DNA of 64,000 bases from Octopus sinensis. Its lineage: Eukaryota. The DNA lies in the NCBI RefSeq assembly GCF_006345805.1, contig NC_043005.1:55676001-55740000 (forward strand). The letters run 5' to 3'. Each line of letters begins with the position of its first letter. The stretch's first letter is position 1. This document shows, in pieces, positions 1-15,175 of this stretch. The notes under the pieces were generated by a model. It worked only from the letters and a program-made list of their open reading frames with translations. It was not told the origin of the DNA and did not search any database. Both the position numbers and the translations under genes were made by a program.

Positions 1-128
1 GTCACAATTTATGTTCCCAACACTAGCTTAATGATAATGAAGTTATTTTACTAAATTCTTTGTTACACCTAAAATAATTGAAAGAAACACAGAGCATCTC
101 AAAATAAATGCGGTAACGAAAGGGTTAA
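1..128. mobile_element. Terminal part of a piggyBac-like MITE (cut by window edge)
   Basis: Ends in AAAGGG|TTAA; internal sequence resembles the copy at 22410-22629 in the opposite orientation. Confidence 0.55.
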
Positions 129-531
129 ACCTTTTAAACCACAGCTGATATGTACAAGCTTTCGCTGCATTTGGATACACATCACAAATGTTTTCATTGC
201 TTCTGTAGCAGTACTTTTCTTTTGAAACTCACACAGTAAACAATGGCGAAATATGTTATTTCATAAAGTTCTTATCCTGCATGGGGTTAATTACCAAAAT
301 AACTATGAATGACATACTACCAGACAGAAGAGATGATATACTATTTCTAGACAGTTCCTGCCCATTCAACCTTGGCTCATATGTGATTGGTTGATTCGTA
401 TTTCATAGTGGTGCAAAAATGTGTTCACACACACACACACAAACACATATGTATATATGCATGCATGTATGTAAAGATACAAATACATCACTAATTGCAT
501 ACACACGCATACATATACCAAGTATACATAC

Positions 532-679
<148 letters not shown>

Positions 680-1049
680 GTATTGTATGAGCAAATGGTT
701 AGGAAGTTCACTTCACAACCACAAGTTCTAGGGTTCAAAATACAGTGTGTCATTTTGATTATATGCTATGTTCCATAACCCCGGATGAACCCATATCTTT
801 TTAGCGAAACAGGGAAAGTGGAAACTGCATAGAAGCTATGCTTGATGGATTGTAACTGTACTTCAAAATGTACAGTCTTGTCACAGACCGTGCCATGCTG
901 ATTCTGTCAAAGAATTATTTTAAGGTTACACATATTTGTTGAATGCTTAGTCAATTACAAGTTAATTCAATAGTGGGTAACTAAGTTGATTAAATAACTG
1001 AATCCTGATCTTTAAACGATAGAGACTACCATCATTGGCATCACCATGA

Positions 1050-1215
1050 TGAGGTGGCTGTGTGATAAGAAGCTTGCTTCCCAATCACATGGTTCTGGGT
1101 TCAGTACTGCTGTGTGATACCTTGGGCAAGTGTTTTCTGCTGTAGCTTCTGGTCAGCCAAAGTCTTGTGAGTGGATTCATTAGATGGAAATTGAAAGAAG
1201 CCTGTCATATATGTG
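1050..1215 (+). mobile_element. tRNA-derived SINE, family A (CORE-like ACCTTGGGCAAGTG segment), partial
   Basis: GGCTGTGTG..AAGAAGCTTGCTTCCCAA.CACATGGTTCTGGGTTCAGT..CCTTGGGCAAGTG; matches the full copy at 62995-63410. Confidence 0.85.
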
Positions 1216-1424
1216 TGTGTGAGTGTGTGTGTGTGTGCGTGTGTGTATGTGTGTGTGTGTATGTGTGTGCGTGTATACACATATATATACACACACATAT
1301 ATTTATATACATATATATATAGAGATAGATAGATAGATTGATTGATAGATAGATATAGATACATGCATACACACACACTCACACACATGGTGGCCATCCA
1401 CTCGTGGCCAAGGAAAGCCATTAC

Positions 1425-2400
1425 TGACCTTTAGGAAAACTGTGTGCTCAAGACTACCTTATACTTTACACCTGCGGCTATAATTATACTAATGAGCCCT
1501 GCTCTTAACAAACATACACGACTGCAAACATTGCAAACCAAGCTTTCCGTATTCATTACACTGGCAGTGCATTTTTGAGCAGCACGCTTAAAATTCTTCA
1601 TGAAGAATACATACTCTTTCAAAGGTATCGACTCTCACCTTTATCTGTTTCCTCCATTTGTGGTGATGACAAGCATCACTCTCCCAGTCAACCTCCAGCA
1701 TTTCACAGGCCTTTAATGAGGACTTTACACAGTCCTTATATCACAGTCTTGGCTTCTGATGGGGTCGCTTTCCACAAACAAGTTCCCCATATAGCATCTG
1801 TTTAGGGATCCTGCTATCATTCATTCTAACAAGGTGTGCAGTCCAATGTAACCGGTGTTTGTGTACCATTGCCTCAATACTCAGGATATTGGCTTTCCTC
1901 AGGACCTGTGTATCTGGAGTTTTTAAGGTCCAGCCAACATTTAGAATATGTCTCAGGTATATCTGATGGAAGCATTCAAGGACCTTTACATGATCTTTGT
2001 AAAGGAGCCATGTCTAACATGAGGAAAGGAGTGATATCAGTACACATGCACAGTACAGAGCAATTTTTGTTCACTTTGTGATGCTATATTTGGACCAGAC
2101 ATGAGACGCAAGAGACCTGAAGGAATCAGTTGCTCTCAACAGCCTGAAAGATCTTTCGTCATCCAGGAAGCAAGAACGGCTGAGTGTGCTTCCTAGGTAG
2201 ACAAACTTGTCTACCACTTTCAGTATTGTTCCTTTAACCAAAATAGCTGGTTCCACATATGGGTTTCCTGGTGCAGGCTGGAACATTACAACAGTCTTGT
2301 CCAGGCTAATGCTGAGTCCAAATGCTTTGTAAGAAGCAGAAATATGATTCACAAGTATTTGAATACCATCCACTGTATGAGTGACTAAGTCACAGTCATC
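1425..2400 (-). pseudogene. Decayed RTE/BovB-type LINE, ORF C-terminal half
   Basis: ORF 2071-2373 reads FGLSISLDKTVVMFQPAPG..LKVVDKFVYLGSTLSR, the RTE post-YADD/thumb pattern; ends in a CNVCSRVCLLRAGLISI-type motif near 1470-1540; stops and frameshifts present. Confidence 0.9.
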
Positions 2401-2779
2401 TGCATAAAGGAGGTCATGAATAAGAGACTGGAAAACTTTTGAATTGGCAGCAAATCAACACAGGTTAAAAAGATGGTCAGAAAATCAATACCTAACATAT
2501 ATCCCTGGAGACCTCTCCACATACATACATACATACAAACGTGGGTGTTTGAGTTTGTATTTGCCCCACCATCACCACCACCACCAGCATTTGACAACCA
2601 GTGTTGGTTTGTTTAGGTCCCTGTAACCTGGTAGCTTGTCAAAAAGAGATTAATAGCATATGTACCAGACTTCAAATGAAAATAAGTACTGGGTTGATTT
2701 ATTTGACTAAGCCCTCAATGGTGATTCTCCATCATGGCTGCAGTTCAATGACTGAAACAAGCAAAAGATAAAACATACA

Positions 2780-2995
2780 TATCATCATGGTCATCATCGT
2801 TTAATGTCCACTTTCCATGCTAGCATGGTTTGGACATGGTTTGACTGAAGGCTGGCAAGCCAGAAGGCTGCACCAGGCTCCAATCTTTATCTGGCAATGT
2901 TTCTAATGCCAACCCCTCTGAGAGTGTAGTGGGTGCTTTTTACTTGCCACCAGCACAAGGGCCAATCAGGCAGCACTGGCAATGACCACGCTCGA
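2780..2995 (-). mobile_element. Short 3' end of RTE-family element (family C)
   Basis: (CAT)n-CGTTTAATGTCCACTTTCCATGCTAGCATGG.. matches the 3' terminus of the RTE at 56878-57060. Confidence 0.8.
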
Positions 2996-2998
2996 AAG

Positions 2999-3045
<47 letters not shown>

Positions 3046-3089
3046 TTGTTTCTATAAAAAGAGACAAATATAATTTCTTGTTGTATATA

Positions 3090-3120
<31 letters not shown>

Positions 3121-3164
3121 CATCATCATCATCATTAATTATGATTGCTTTCCATGTTGGCATG

Positions 3165-3415
3165 TGTTGGATAGTGTAGAAGCTGGTCAGCTGACATTGG
3201 TTGTCAACCAATAGTGGGGGAACAAACACAGAAACAAACACACACACACACACGCAATAGGCTTCTTTCAGTTTCCATCAACCAAATTCACTCACAAGGC
3301 TTGGTTGACCTGAAGCTATAGTAGAAGACACCTGCCCAAGATGCCACCCAGTGGGACTGAACTTAGAACCATGTGGTTGAGAAACAAACTACCATGCAGT
3401 CACAACTGCACCCAA
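3165..3415 (-). mobile_element. SINE family A, partial
   Basis: Reverse complement of the family A body (CTTCTTTCAGTTTCC..ACTCACAAGGCTTT..TAGTAGAAGACAC.TGCCCAAG). Confidence 0.85.
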
Positions 3416-4914
3416 AATTTTCACACTAGCATGAAAATGTGTTTTTTTTTTAAATAAGATTTTGTGATGTTCATACCTTTCTCAAGATGTTTAGTAATTT
3501 CCAAATAAATTGGCCTTAAATAGAATTAAAAAATTAAAATGTAAAGACCAGACTTATCATCTCCTCTCAAACATATTTCACAAATAGAAAAAAAATATCA
3601 TTTTTGTGTTTTAAGTTTTGACTTAAGTGACTAGTGATAGTTACTTCTTTGATTTATTTCATTTTGAGAAAAGAAAATTAGAGGTAAAAAAAAATCAATT
3701 TTTGCAAATGTAATTTATGATCCAACTAATGCTATTTGACTAATGTTAATATTATCAGACTAATGCTTTTTAAAGATCACTTGCCTTCATCAAATCATAG
3801 CAATAGAATTTATTGAATGAAGAAGAAAAACAGACATTTTTAGACACACAATTCTAGTAATTTAATTCTACAATCAAATTCTTTAAACTGTTGAAGTTTT
3901 GTAGGTGACAGCAAACAGTCTCAGGTCTCATGGAATCAGTCACCTTTGATTCTTCTCTGTCTCTAAGAATTTCTCTCAAAAACAGAAAGAAAGAAAATGT
4001 CAACAGAAATATTATATCTCGGATTGATGGTTAAAAGTTTTGTCTTGTAAACATAATGTTTAGAAAGTAAGCAATTGGTCAGATTTTAATCCTAATTATA
4101 AATGACAGCAATTTATTTTATAGAATTTCAACAGCAGTTGTTAGTTTTCTGATAAATTATAATATTAGAATCCTTGAAGTTTTGAATTGTGACAATTTAA
4201 ATACTTAATCTTTCATTCTCCTGCTAAAATTTTTATCTCCCAACAATCTGTGAACGGCATATTCCTGGATTTTGCAAGTATTTTGGTACTACAGATGCTC
4301 AACAATATCAAACTAACGCTGCAGTGTTTCAACACAAACATTAACCATACATCATTACTTTAATTCATGAAAGGGACCCTGATTTTTCTGTGTCTAAAAT
4401 CCCTTCTTACTCCCATCCAATTCTGCTCTCACCAAATAAAAATTTGCTATTCAATTTCAGAATCCCTTTAGACACAAGTAAACTTAGACAATAGCACCAA
4501 GGATCCACAGACTCTCAATTACGCCATGGAACATTATACATAAGAATTTTCTCTGATAGTCATAACAGAGCCATCCAACTAATTAAATGCATTTAAATGC
4601 TTTGTATGTGCATGTTGTATTGTTTTTCGTGATAAAATATATTTCTTTGATATTACGGTGAAAAGAATCAAATTTAAGTTATTTCATTTGAAGCCAATCA
4701 AATTCAAATATCATCATGTTTATATATATATATGTTTGTGTGTGTCTGTGTATGTATGTATGTATGGAAGGATGGATGTTTATGTATGTGCATGTTTGTA
4801 TGTATGTATACATATATATGTGTCTGTGTATATATATATGTGTGTGAGTGTATATATATATATATATATATATACATACACACACACAAGCATATGTATG
4901 TACATATGTATATA

Positions 4915-5110
4915 GTTGAAATTTATAGAAAAACAAAAGACGAAGACAGGTGTATGAACATCAAGCAAGTGTATTAGTTTGACACTTGGGAAAAATGAAA
5001 AAGTCTTTTACTTTTTGAGCCTATGCTCTTCAGCAGAAAGGAATAAGATGAAATAAACAGAGAGAGAATGAAAAAAAGACTTGTAGATTTCAGTGGTCCG
5101 GCATGACGAA
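4915..5110 (-). mobile_element. Short Penelope-like terminal-type repeat with decayed minimal-hammerhead motif
   Basis: Minus strand: CUUU CUGCUGAA GAGC-AUAG-GCUC AAAAAGUA AAAG. A related piece lies at 9885-10010. The Penelope assignment is inference from the motif layout. Confidence 0.5.
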
Positions 5111-5600
5111 TGATGTAATTATGTATGTATATGTGTGCATATATAGCAGCAGTAGCAACAACGACAACAACATGACAAGCAGCCATGGCCACTCCTTAAA
5201 AGTAGCACAATTGATGAACTATTAAATTCCACAAAATTTCAGGCCTTGTGCCTATAATAGAAAGGATTATGTCAGCATTTTGTTACCTGATGCAAATCAT
5301 CATGATACAGGTAACTGTTTCTCAATATTCTGATGGCAGAATCGTTAGCATGCCAGACAAAATGCTAAGCAGCATTTCGTCTATGTTTATGTTCTGAGTT
5401 CTAGCAAGGAGGGCCGGACTGAAAACAAGATCTGTCAAATATCTACACACACGCACACACACACTACACACGCATACACACACACACGCACACACACACA
5501 CACACTACACATGCACATGCACATGCACACACATACACACAGCTACTCATACACACAGCTGCTCATATACACAAACATACACATGCATAAATATATATAC

Positions 5601-5742
<142 letters not shown>

Positions 5743-5771
5743 CATATATAGCAGTTAGTATGTATACAGAG

Positions 5772-5975
5772 ACTGGTACATCTGCAGCTAATTATCAACA
5801 TAATTGGTCTTCTACTGCATAGAGAATTAGCAGTTGCATTTGCAACTAGCTATTTTCAACTATGCTAATTCTCTCTGCAGCAGAAACATGTGTCGGTTAT
5901 ATCTATACTAATAATGCTGTATAATTAACTGTAAGAATAAGAATTAAAATAAAAAAATATGCAGATGTACCAGTT
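5772..5975. mobile_element. Fold-back/MITE-like element
   Basis: Terminal inverted repeat CTGGTACATCTGCA / TGCAGATGTACCAG plus internal hairpin CTGCATAGAGAATTAGCA..TGCTAATTCTCTCTGCAG. Confidence 0.65.
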
Positions 5976-8226
5976 TCCATATACATTTTAATTGTCATGG
6001 ATATACACTCAGTAAAATATTCATAATCCAGTGAAGTGAACCCAGGATTTACCCATTGGATGAATTACAGTGGGATTACTCACCTTCAGTAATCCTTGAT
6101 GCTCTTTACTACTCCATGTGGTTAGACTGAACCCAGATTATACCTGATTGAAGTAGCACTGGAGTAGTATGAAATGAAGTGTTTTGTTCAAAGACACAAT
6201 GTGACACCCAATCAGGGAATCAAACCCACAATCTAGCGATTGTGAGTGCAAAAGCCTAATCACTAGGCCACAGACCTTCACACACACTCACATACACACA
6301 TACATATATAATGTACAGTTCCATGATGGTAAGATCAACAAAAATATTCTCCATCTGGTGAGAGATAAATATTATTTAATAAACACAATATATGTGCTAC
6401 CATCAGCTTCATGTGAACAGTGCCTGATGATTGCACTAGGATTCCAGACATGTTAAAAAACACTGCCTGGCATGCTCACAGTACATGAAACTATTAGTAG
6501 CACATAAAAAAATATATATTGCATTTATTAAATATATATATATATATATGTATGTATCCAAATTGTAATTAAAATACACACACACACACATATGTATGTA
6601 TATGTAGAAGTATGTACTCATGTATATGACAGCTTCTTTCATTTTCTGTTTACCAAGTTCACTCACAAGGCATTAGAGAACCCAACACTATAGTAGCAGA
6701 CATTTCCCAAAGGTGTCACATTGCGGTCTGAATCTAAAATGAAGCAGTTGAAAAGCATGCTTTATAACTACAAAGCCTTACCATAGCAACTAGAATTTGC
6801 ACCCATGCATTTTATTAACTCCTGTCACATTAATTCTTGACAACATCTATTTGCTTACAGTAGTGAGAACCCATGGCAAAGCTGGAAGTAGGAATGACTC
6901 AGAACAACGGTGTTCAGCACCAAGTTATATTAAATAGTACATCTAGTTGGTGGTATTAGTGGTTATAGCAGCTGTAGCAGTGACAAACAGCTGAACAGCT
7001 ATGCAGTATCCACTAAAGCAAACAGACGGGCCCAGAGAAGTGGCATATACTAACAGTGAACAGCTCAATGATGACATTACTTCAATTATACCTATGCACT
7101 GAACCATTACAGTAATCAACTAAGCAGTGAGACAAATTCAATTAGTTTGGATTTTAAACAACTACAGAAACTGACAGCCTTTTGCAACTCCATATTTCGT
7201 TGTCATAATTTTCCACAACAAAGTATATTAACTTACTTTCCAGTTTAGTTTCTGTAAAAAAAAAAAAAAAAAACATGATAGTAATTGCATAAACTGATAT
7301 ATGTACACAAAACCAAAATTTATCTGTATGAATGCATACAGACTCATGTGCATAAATGCATACACACATTACAGAATAATTTGTATGGTTGCACGACAAA
7401 TTTGGTAGAATTTTGTGTTTCTTTATGTATTGCAGATATTTCACTATATAGTAGAAATCAAAATTTGAAGCCTTTTTCTTTTTATATGTAGCATTAATTT
7501 TCTTGTCAGTCAGGCTTGTCACATCAAATTAACTTATCAGCAAACAGAAAGAACATTTTCTCATTCAGTGATTGTCATAGAATAAAATCTTCCTTATAAT
7601 TTATTCTGCATAATGTCTTTGATTGAATTTATATATTTTACATACGTATGTTGTTGTTGTTATTGCTATGGTTTGTGTGTGTGTCTATATCCTATAAATG
7701 AGTATCTTTACTGCACTGGTGGTGTTATTGCTGTTTAGCCCAAGGTCAGTCCTGTTAAGTAGATCTATAATCAAAGACATTCATGCAATGATAATTTTGT
7801 CTTGTTTCCAGTAATACAATATCTAAAAGAGCAAACATTTTCATCCAATAAAAACTTAGTAAAAATTCTATTTCATTGAATTTCTCATCAGAAACGTTTT
7901 TCTAATGTCAAAACATGAATGCTCTAAGTATAATGATTTCTTGCATAGAAATTTTGTTGGAGAAGAAAGCAGTCACATATATTTATCCCATCACTTCACT
8001 GCCGGTTTATTTTATTGAGCATGCAGTGGGACTGAACCCCAAACCACCTGGTCTCATAGCGAGCTTCTTAACCATGCAGCCACACCTGTATATTTAACTT
8101 GTATCTTTTATTTCTTTCAATAATTTGATTGTGACCATGCTGGGGCACCACCTTGAAGGGTTTTAGTCAAACAAATCGACCCCACACTTTGTTTTTTTAA
8201 TTTTAAGCCTAGTAGTTATACTATCA

Positions 8227-8486
8227 TGAAAGTGTATGGCTTAGTGGTTTGGCTGTTGCACTCACGATCCCTAAATCATAGGTTCAATTCCCTGATTGGG
8301 TGGTGCATTGTATTCTTGAGCAAAACACTTCATTTCCATTTTTCCACACCCCCTTTCGATCAGGATGCAGTGTTGGCCTGCTTGCCTAGCCAATGGGATG
8401 GTGTCATTCAATGGCTAAAATAATGCAATGTGACCAGCAATGTGTCACAACACCTGATAATCTGGTCAGTCACATGATCGTGTGAC
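8227..8486 (+). mobile_element. tRNA-derived SINE family D nested in a family A copy (8095-8740, minus)
   Basis: A/B-box-like head (TGGCTTAGTGG..GGTTCAATTCC); 11-bp target-site duplication TTATACTATCA at 8216-8226 and 8487-8497. Confidence 0.85.
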
Positions 8487-9468
8487 TTATACTATCAATA
8501 TCTTTTGCCAAACCACTAAGTTACTGGGACATAAACACACCAACACTGGTTGGCAAGCAGTGGGTGGTGGGGGAGAAAAAGAGACACAAAGACACATACA
8601 CACATAGATATATATATGATGGTCTCCTTTCAGTTTCCATCTGCCAATCCCACTCATAAGGCTTTGGTCAACCTGAGGCTATAATAGAAGCTACTTGCCC
8701 AAGGTGCCACACAATGGGACTGAACTTAGAACCATGTGATTGTGAAGTAATTGTATAGTATTTTATAACATTAAAAGGATATTGTTGTTGTTGTTGTTGT
8801 TGTTGTTGCCATTACTGGAGGTGGTGTTTAGCCCCGAATCAACCCTGATCAAACATACCTATGATCAAAGGCCTTACTTTTCACTGAAGCTTCATTCGTG
8901 AAACCAAACCATAACGATAATGACTAGTTATATTTATATATTTTATGTTTTATATCTCAATATGTGAACAATAGGATCATTGGTTACAGGCTCTAAAGGA
9001 CCAATCACTGGTTCATTGCATTTGTGAAGGCAAGAATTACAAGGGATTGTCTGTGTAAATTGGTACAGAACAAATATCAAAAACAAAAAGGCCTTTTTTT
9101 TATGTTGTTTACAGAGCACTATCTTATTAGTGGAAATATATATACATGTATATTTCCATGCATACATACATACACGCACATATAATGATAAGTATGTGCG
9201 TATCTGAATATATACATATATATACATATGTGTCTAATTAATGTTTATGTGTATATATATATATATATGTATGCATGTATGTATGTCTAATTAATGTTTA
9301 CACACACACACACACACACACATGTACACACATGCACACACATGTATACATATATATATGTATATGTGTGTCTATATATATAAATAATTATATATATATG
9401 TGTATATATATGTGTAAGTATACATATATATTATATATGTACCTGTACAAATGGATGTATATTTGTAT

Positions 9469-9518
<50 letters not shown>

Positions 9519-10234
9519 TTTATGTGTTCAAACCTAAAAGTTGGGGCCATGCTGGTGCATAGCCAGTATCATTACCTTTTCAATGGCCATTTCTATGTGG
9601 TTGGCTGTGGTGAATGATATTCACCATTTGATTGAGCTTTTTGCTGTGATGTAGGATCATATATATGTACATGTGCATACATACATACATGCATACATAC
9701 ATACATACATACATACATACATACATGCATACATACACAGGCATACATACACACATACATACATACATACATACATGCATGCATACATACATACATACAT
9801 ACATACACAGGCATACATACACACATACATTTATGCATGCATACATACATACATAAATGCATACATATATATATCATTCAAATGTACAGAAAACAAAAGA
9901 CAAAAACAGGTGAGGAACAACGAGCAGGTGTATTAATTTGATGGTCGGGAAGAATGGAAAAGAATGGATGAGAGAGACAAAAGAAAGAGAGAAAAACATG
10001 TGTTGGGATTAACAGTTTAATAGGCACAGGTATGGCTGAATTGTAAGAAGCTTGCTTCCCAACCACATGGCTCTGGGTTCAGTCCCACTGTGTGGCGCTT
10101 TGGCAAGTGTCTTCTACTTTTCTCTTGTTTGCATATTTGATTCATTTGTTTTTGTACTTCATATTGTTTTCACAGTTGGCGACATCCTGTACCCATATAT
10201 GCATACACACGCACGCACACGCACACACTCACAT

Positions 10235-10273
<39 letters not shown>

Positions 10274-10719
10274 GGAGAGAATTGTAGTTCCCTTGAAGCA
10301 TTGTGTATTGTTTGTAAAATATAATGTCTTGAATGGCACAACAATTCACTATAATAACAACAATGGACTATAATAACTGTTATAATTGAATTATCCATAG
10401 TCTGATATAATATTTTGAAATATAAAAATTCCTTCTTCAGATATCCCTAGGAATTGATTGAGTCACTGCTATAATCGGTTTTGCAATGGTTGTTTTTTCT
10501 TCAGGAATTCCTCATGAGAAGTGAGTGAGAGTGGTCATGTCTTAAGCTCAGGTGTGTTGGGGCTCTAGTCTGTCTATGAGGATAGCTTCCTTAATTCTTA
10601 GATTAACTATTATTTATATTATCATTTAATTGAATGCCATGCATCCATTTCCAACTAAGTTTATCTTAACCTTTTGATGTGAATTTACTCTATACTGTTT
10701 TCTCCTCATCCTTCTCTAA

Positions 10720-11275
10720 TTCCCTTTTTGTACCCTTCACCGTTTTCTATCTGCCTCTCTCTCTCCCTCTTTCTCTTTTTCTCCCTCTCGTTGCTCACAT
10801 GTAACCATCGTCCATCTTTCTTTTCCTCACATGACTATCTCTCTTTTCCTGCATGAAATTATAAGGACTGAACGTCTTCTTTCTATCTCTCTCTTCTATC
10901 TTTTCTCTTTTCAAAGAAAATATTTCTCCCAGCATTCACTATTTTCCTCTTGATCTGGGTATAACGACCCTCCATATTTGTTTCGTTTGGTTTCTTTGTA
11001 TGCCTCCACTGTCTTGTTCTTGTTCCCAAATTTGACCCTCCTTAAATCCAAAATTTTATTTTTGTATTTATAGGAGCAACTATCTTCGAAGACTCATATT
11101 GTTGTTGAATGCTCGAAATGACGAATAGATAGACAGCTGAGAACTGATGAAGGGTCATTCTTAGTGTTACTTGTCCTGTTTTCCATTTTTTCTCTCGTTG
11201 CTTGCGTATATAACTCATTTGTTTTCATACTTCATGTTGTTTACACAGTTGGTGACGTCCTGTATCCATATATGT
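10720..11275 (+). mobile_element. Non-autonomous interspersed repeat, possibly Penelope-derived
   Basis: 3' end (..CTGATGAAGGG..TTGGTGACGTCCTGTA.CCATATATG) is shared with 10130-10200 and 42850-43240. Confidence 0.55.
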
Positions 11276-11367
11276 ACACACATACACATAAACACACATA
11301 AATATATACATATATATATATAATTTATATTATATTATATTATATATATATATATATGTGTGTGTGT

Positions 11368-11398
<31 letters not shown>

Positions 11399-12261
11399 AT
11401 TCATACACACACACACACACACACATGCACATGCAAAATCAGCACCTTTGCAGTTTCTCTCTTATCAAATTCCACTCAGTCTACCTGAAACAACAGTACA
11501 AAAACTCTTTAACTTTACTGAAGATACCACAAAGTGCAATTGAACCTGAAGTCATGGGATTGCAAAGTGGGCTCTTTAACCACTCAGCCATGTCTGCACT
11601 TATATTTATGGAACGCTGTAATGCAGTAATACACTACAGCAATGATAGTGTAAGGTTATACCATACCATACATTAGAAAAGTATGGTATGGCGATGGTAT
11701 TGTTTGGCATAGTAGTATAACAATAGTTTTGCATTATACTAGAGTTGCATTGCAGTTTTTGTTTATTCAATAGCTGTCTGCTATTTTTGTCGTTTTTCTT
11801 TTTCTTTTTAGTATTTTATTTGTGTTTTTACTTGGGGTTTTTTTCTCCCATATTTTTCTCTAAAGTAATGAAAGAAAAGGTAAAGAAGAAGAAGAAACAA
11901 CAGAAAGAGAAAAGAAAAGAAATGATGAGGAAAACAACAAGAACAACAAACAAGAGTAAGTAGCTGTAATCAGAACAACAGTAACTGTAACAACAACAAC
12001 AACAACAACAGAAATAGTAACAATAATAGAAGACAAAGAATCAATTTCTTACAATGAATCAATGTAAAACTAAAAATAAAAAAAATAAAAAATAAAAATA
12101 AAAATCAATGACAAATAATAGAATGGGCAGACATGTTCTACACACACACACACACAGATGCTCACATTTATGTATATATAGATGTATATATATGCATGTA
12201 TGTATATACATACGTACATACACATATATATATATATACACATCAATAAAGATATACATGC

Positions 12262-12383
<122 letters not shown>

Positions 12384-12455
12384 TGTATGTATATGTATAT
12401 GTCTATATATTTATATATAGATATATATAATTACACATACACATATATATACAAT

Positions 12456-12524
<69 letters not shown>

Positions 12525-12670
12525 TTCTATATGCATATATATTCTATATACATACATACATATATATATTCATGAAGATATATACAAGCATACAAACATA
12601 CACACTCTCACGTATGTATATATCCCTCTATGTATATATGTATACTTACGTATGAATACAATAGAGAAAT

Positions 12671-12703
<33 letters not shown>

Positions 12704-13183
12704 CATATGTACATATATACATACATCTATATATATATATATCTACAAATGTTCTGTGTTTTTTTACAGTAACCAAAAAAGACAGATATTTTCAATGACA
12801 ACAACAGAAGACAGATTTGCTGCTGGTTTACAATAAAAAGTCAGAAATATTACAAAACAATGGAAGAAGCTCTCTCAGAAAGGCAGCTACATTTTTATTT
12901 TTCCACCTTCACCTCTTTATAATTACGTAATGTCTGCAGCTCTTGGCTTATGGAAGCCCAGTGTAGATTTCAGAGAAATCACTTGGCAAGAGACACTACT
13001 TTTCATATAACATTTGAAGCAGACCATCTTCACAAAGCATGGAATATCACATAAAGAGCACTTATAGTGTACCACATACAGCATATAATTTATTATATAT
13101 AAAATGTTTATGTCACCTAAAAGTACAGTGTGTGAGCATGTGTGTGCGTGTGTGTGCATGCATATATGTATATACTATATATA

Positions 13184-13218
<35 letters not shown>

Positions 13219-13304
13219 ATATTAGGGAATAAATCCAAACTTACACGGAAAAATTAGATTTAGGATTAAATCCAATTTTATAGTATAAATATATATTATA
13301 TTAT

Positions 13305-13865
13305 ATTATAATTAGAGATAAAACCACTATTAGGCAAATCAAACAGTGAAAACATAAGCCAATACATAAAATTAATTTAAAATTATAAAAGTTAAAAATA
13401 AAAAATTATTTATATAATTTAAACTTATAAATTTTATATATATATACAAATATATATATATATATATATGTATATTTTAATATTTATATATTATTTTATT
13501 TATTAATTAATTTATTTATTTTTTTATTTTATTTTTTATTTTTTTATTTTTTTTAAATATTTTTTAAATATCAAAAGTATTAAAAGTTTAATAAAAGATA
13601 AATTGTTTGATATAATTCCTTCCAGGATCTTCACTGCATATCTTTTCTACCTTCATACTAGGAAGCAGAGACTTAACTTTTGAGCCCTTCTCACTATACA
13701 TATATATGTACATATATGTGTGTGTACATACATACATACATATATATATACACACACACATACATATATACCAATCTGAAAGTATATATATATTAGTATG
13801 TGTGTATATATACATGTATATCTATATATGTTATATATATATTTATATATCATATGTATTTTATT

Positions 13866-13896
<31 letters not shown>

Positions 13897-14055
13897 ACAC
13901 ACATACACACACACACATATATACCAATATGAAAGTATATATATAAGTGTGTATGTATATCTATATATGTGGTACATGTATATTTATATATGATATGTAT
14001 GATATGTATGATATATATACACATATATATTACATATATATGTATGTATGTATTA

Positions 14056-14092
<37 letters not shown>

Positions 14093-14165
14093 TTCATATA
14101 TATATAAATATATGTATGTATATATGTATGTGTGCTATTATGCATATATATATTATATGTATATA

Positions 14166-14223
<58 letters not shown>

Positions 14224-14395
14224 ATATATTATATATATATATATATAATACATACATACATATATACGTAATATATGTGTATATATATATATCATACATA
14301 TCATATATAAATATACATGTACCACATATATAGATATACATACACATTTATATATATACTTTCAGATTGGTATATATGTGTGTGTGTATGTGTGT

Positions 14396-14426
<31 letters not shown>

Positions 14427-15129
14427 TATATATATATAAAATACATATGATATATAAATATATATATAACACATACATAGATATACATGTACTTTCAGAT
14501 TGGTATATATGTATGTGTGTGTGTATATATGTATGTATGTATGTATGTACACACACATACATATACATATATATGTATAGTGAGAAGGGCTTAAAAGTTA
14601 AGTCTCTACTTCCTAGTATGAAGGTAGAAAAGATATGCAGTGAAGATCCTGGAAGGAATTATATCAAACTATGACAACGAAAAACTGAATGGGTTACTGC
14701 TGCATAGGGCCAAAGTTCTCAAAATTGCCATCAAAATGCAGGATCAGATACTGCAACTGCTTGGATTTCAAGGGCTCACAACTTTTCAATATCCTTTCCA
14801 AACTGCCTGAGAGACCTGCATGGTGTGGACGTAGGTGTCTTCAAAACAAAACTGGATCTGAAGGGTTCTGGATGAGCTTACCTCATGGTAAGAAGCACAA
14901 ATGAGGGCAGTAGCATCAAACTCCTCTTATTCAGCAAGTGCCAAATATCAGCAGAGGTTTCAAAGGTGGTGCCTCAGTATGACTCAGCTTTCAAACTGAA
15001 TCTAGTTAAAGATATATATATACTTTCTTTCTTATATTACTTTTTATACTTTTTGATAGTTATATATATTTAATAAATAAATAAATTTAAAAATATAATA
15101 AATAAATAAATAAATAAATAAAAATAAAA

Positions 15130-15175
<46 letters not shown>

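Noticed and set aside
7855-7897. Minus-strand CUGAUGA plus hairpin; similar string at 46130-46165
   Set aside because: No GAAA core half or cleavage triplet in register.
10395-10450. Minus-strand CUGAAGA..AAAA..AUC layout
   Set aside because: Stem I is mostly mismatched and G12 is absent; not distinguishable from chance in AT-rich DNA.
11100-11160. Type II hammerhead-like order (GCTCGAAA .. CTGATGAAGGGTC)
   Set aside because: No stem III or UH triplet, and the related copy at about 43060-43110 does not conserve the pairing.
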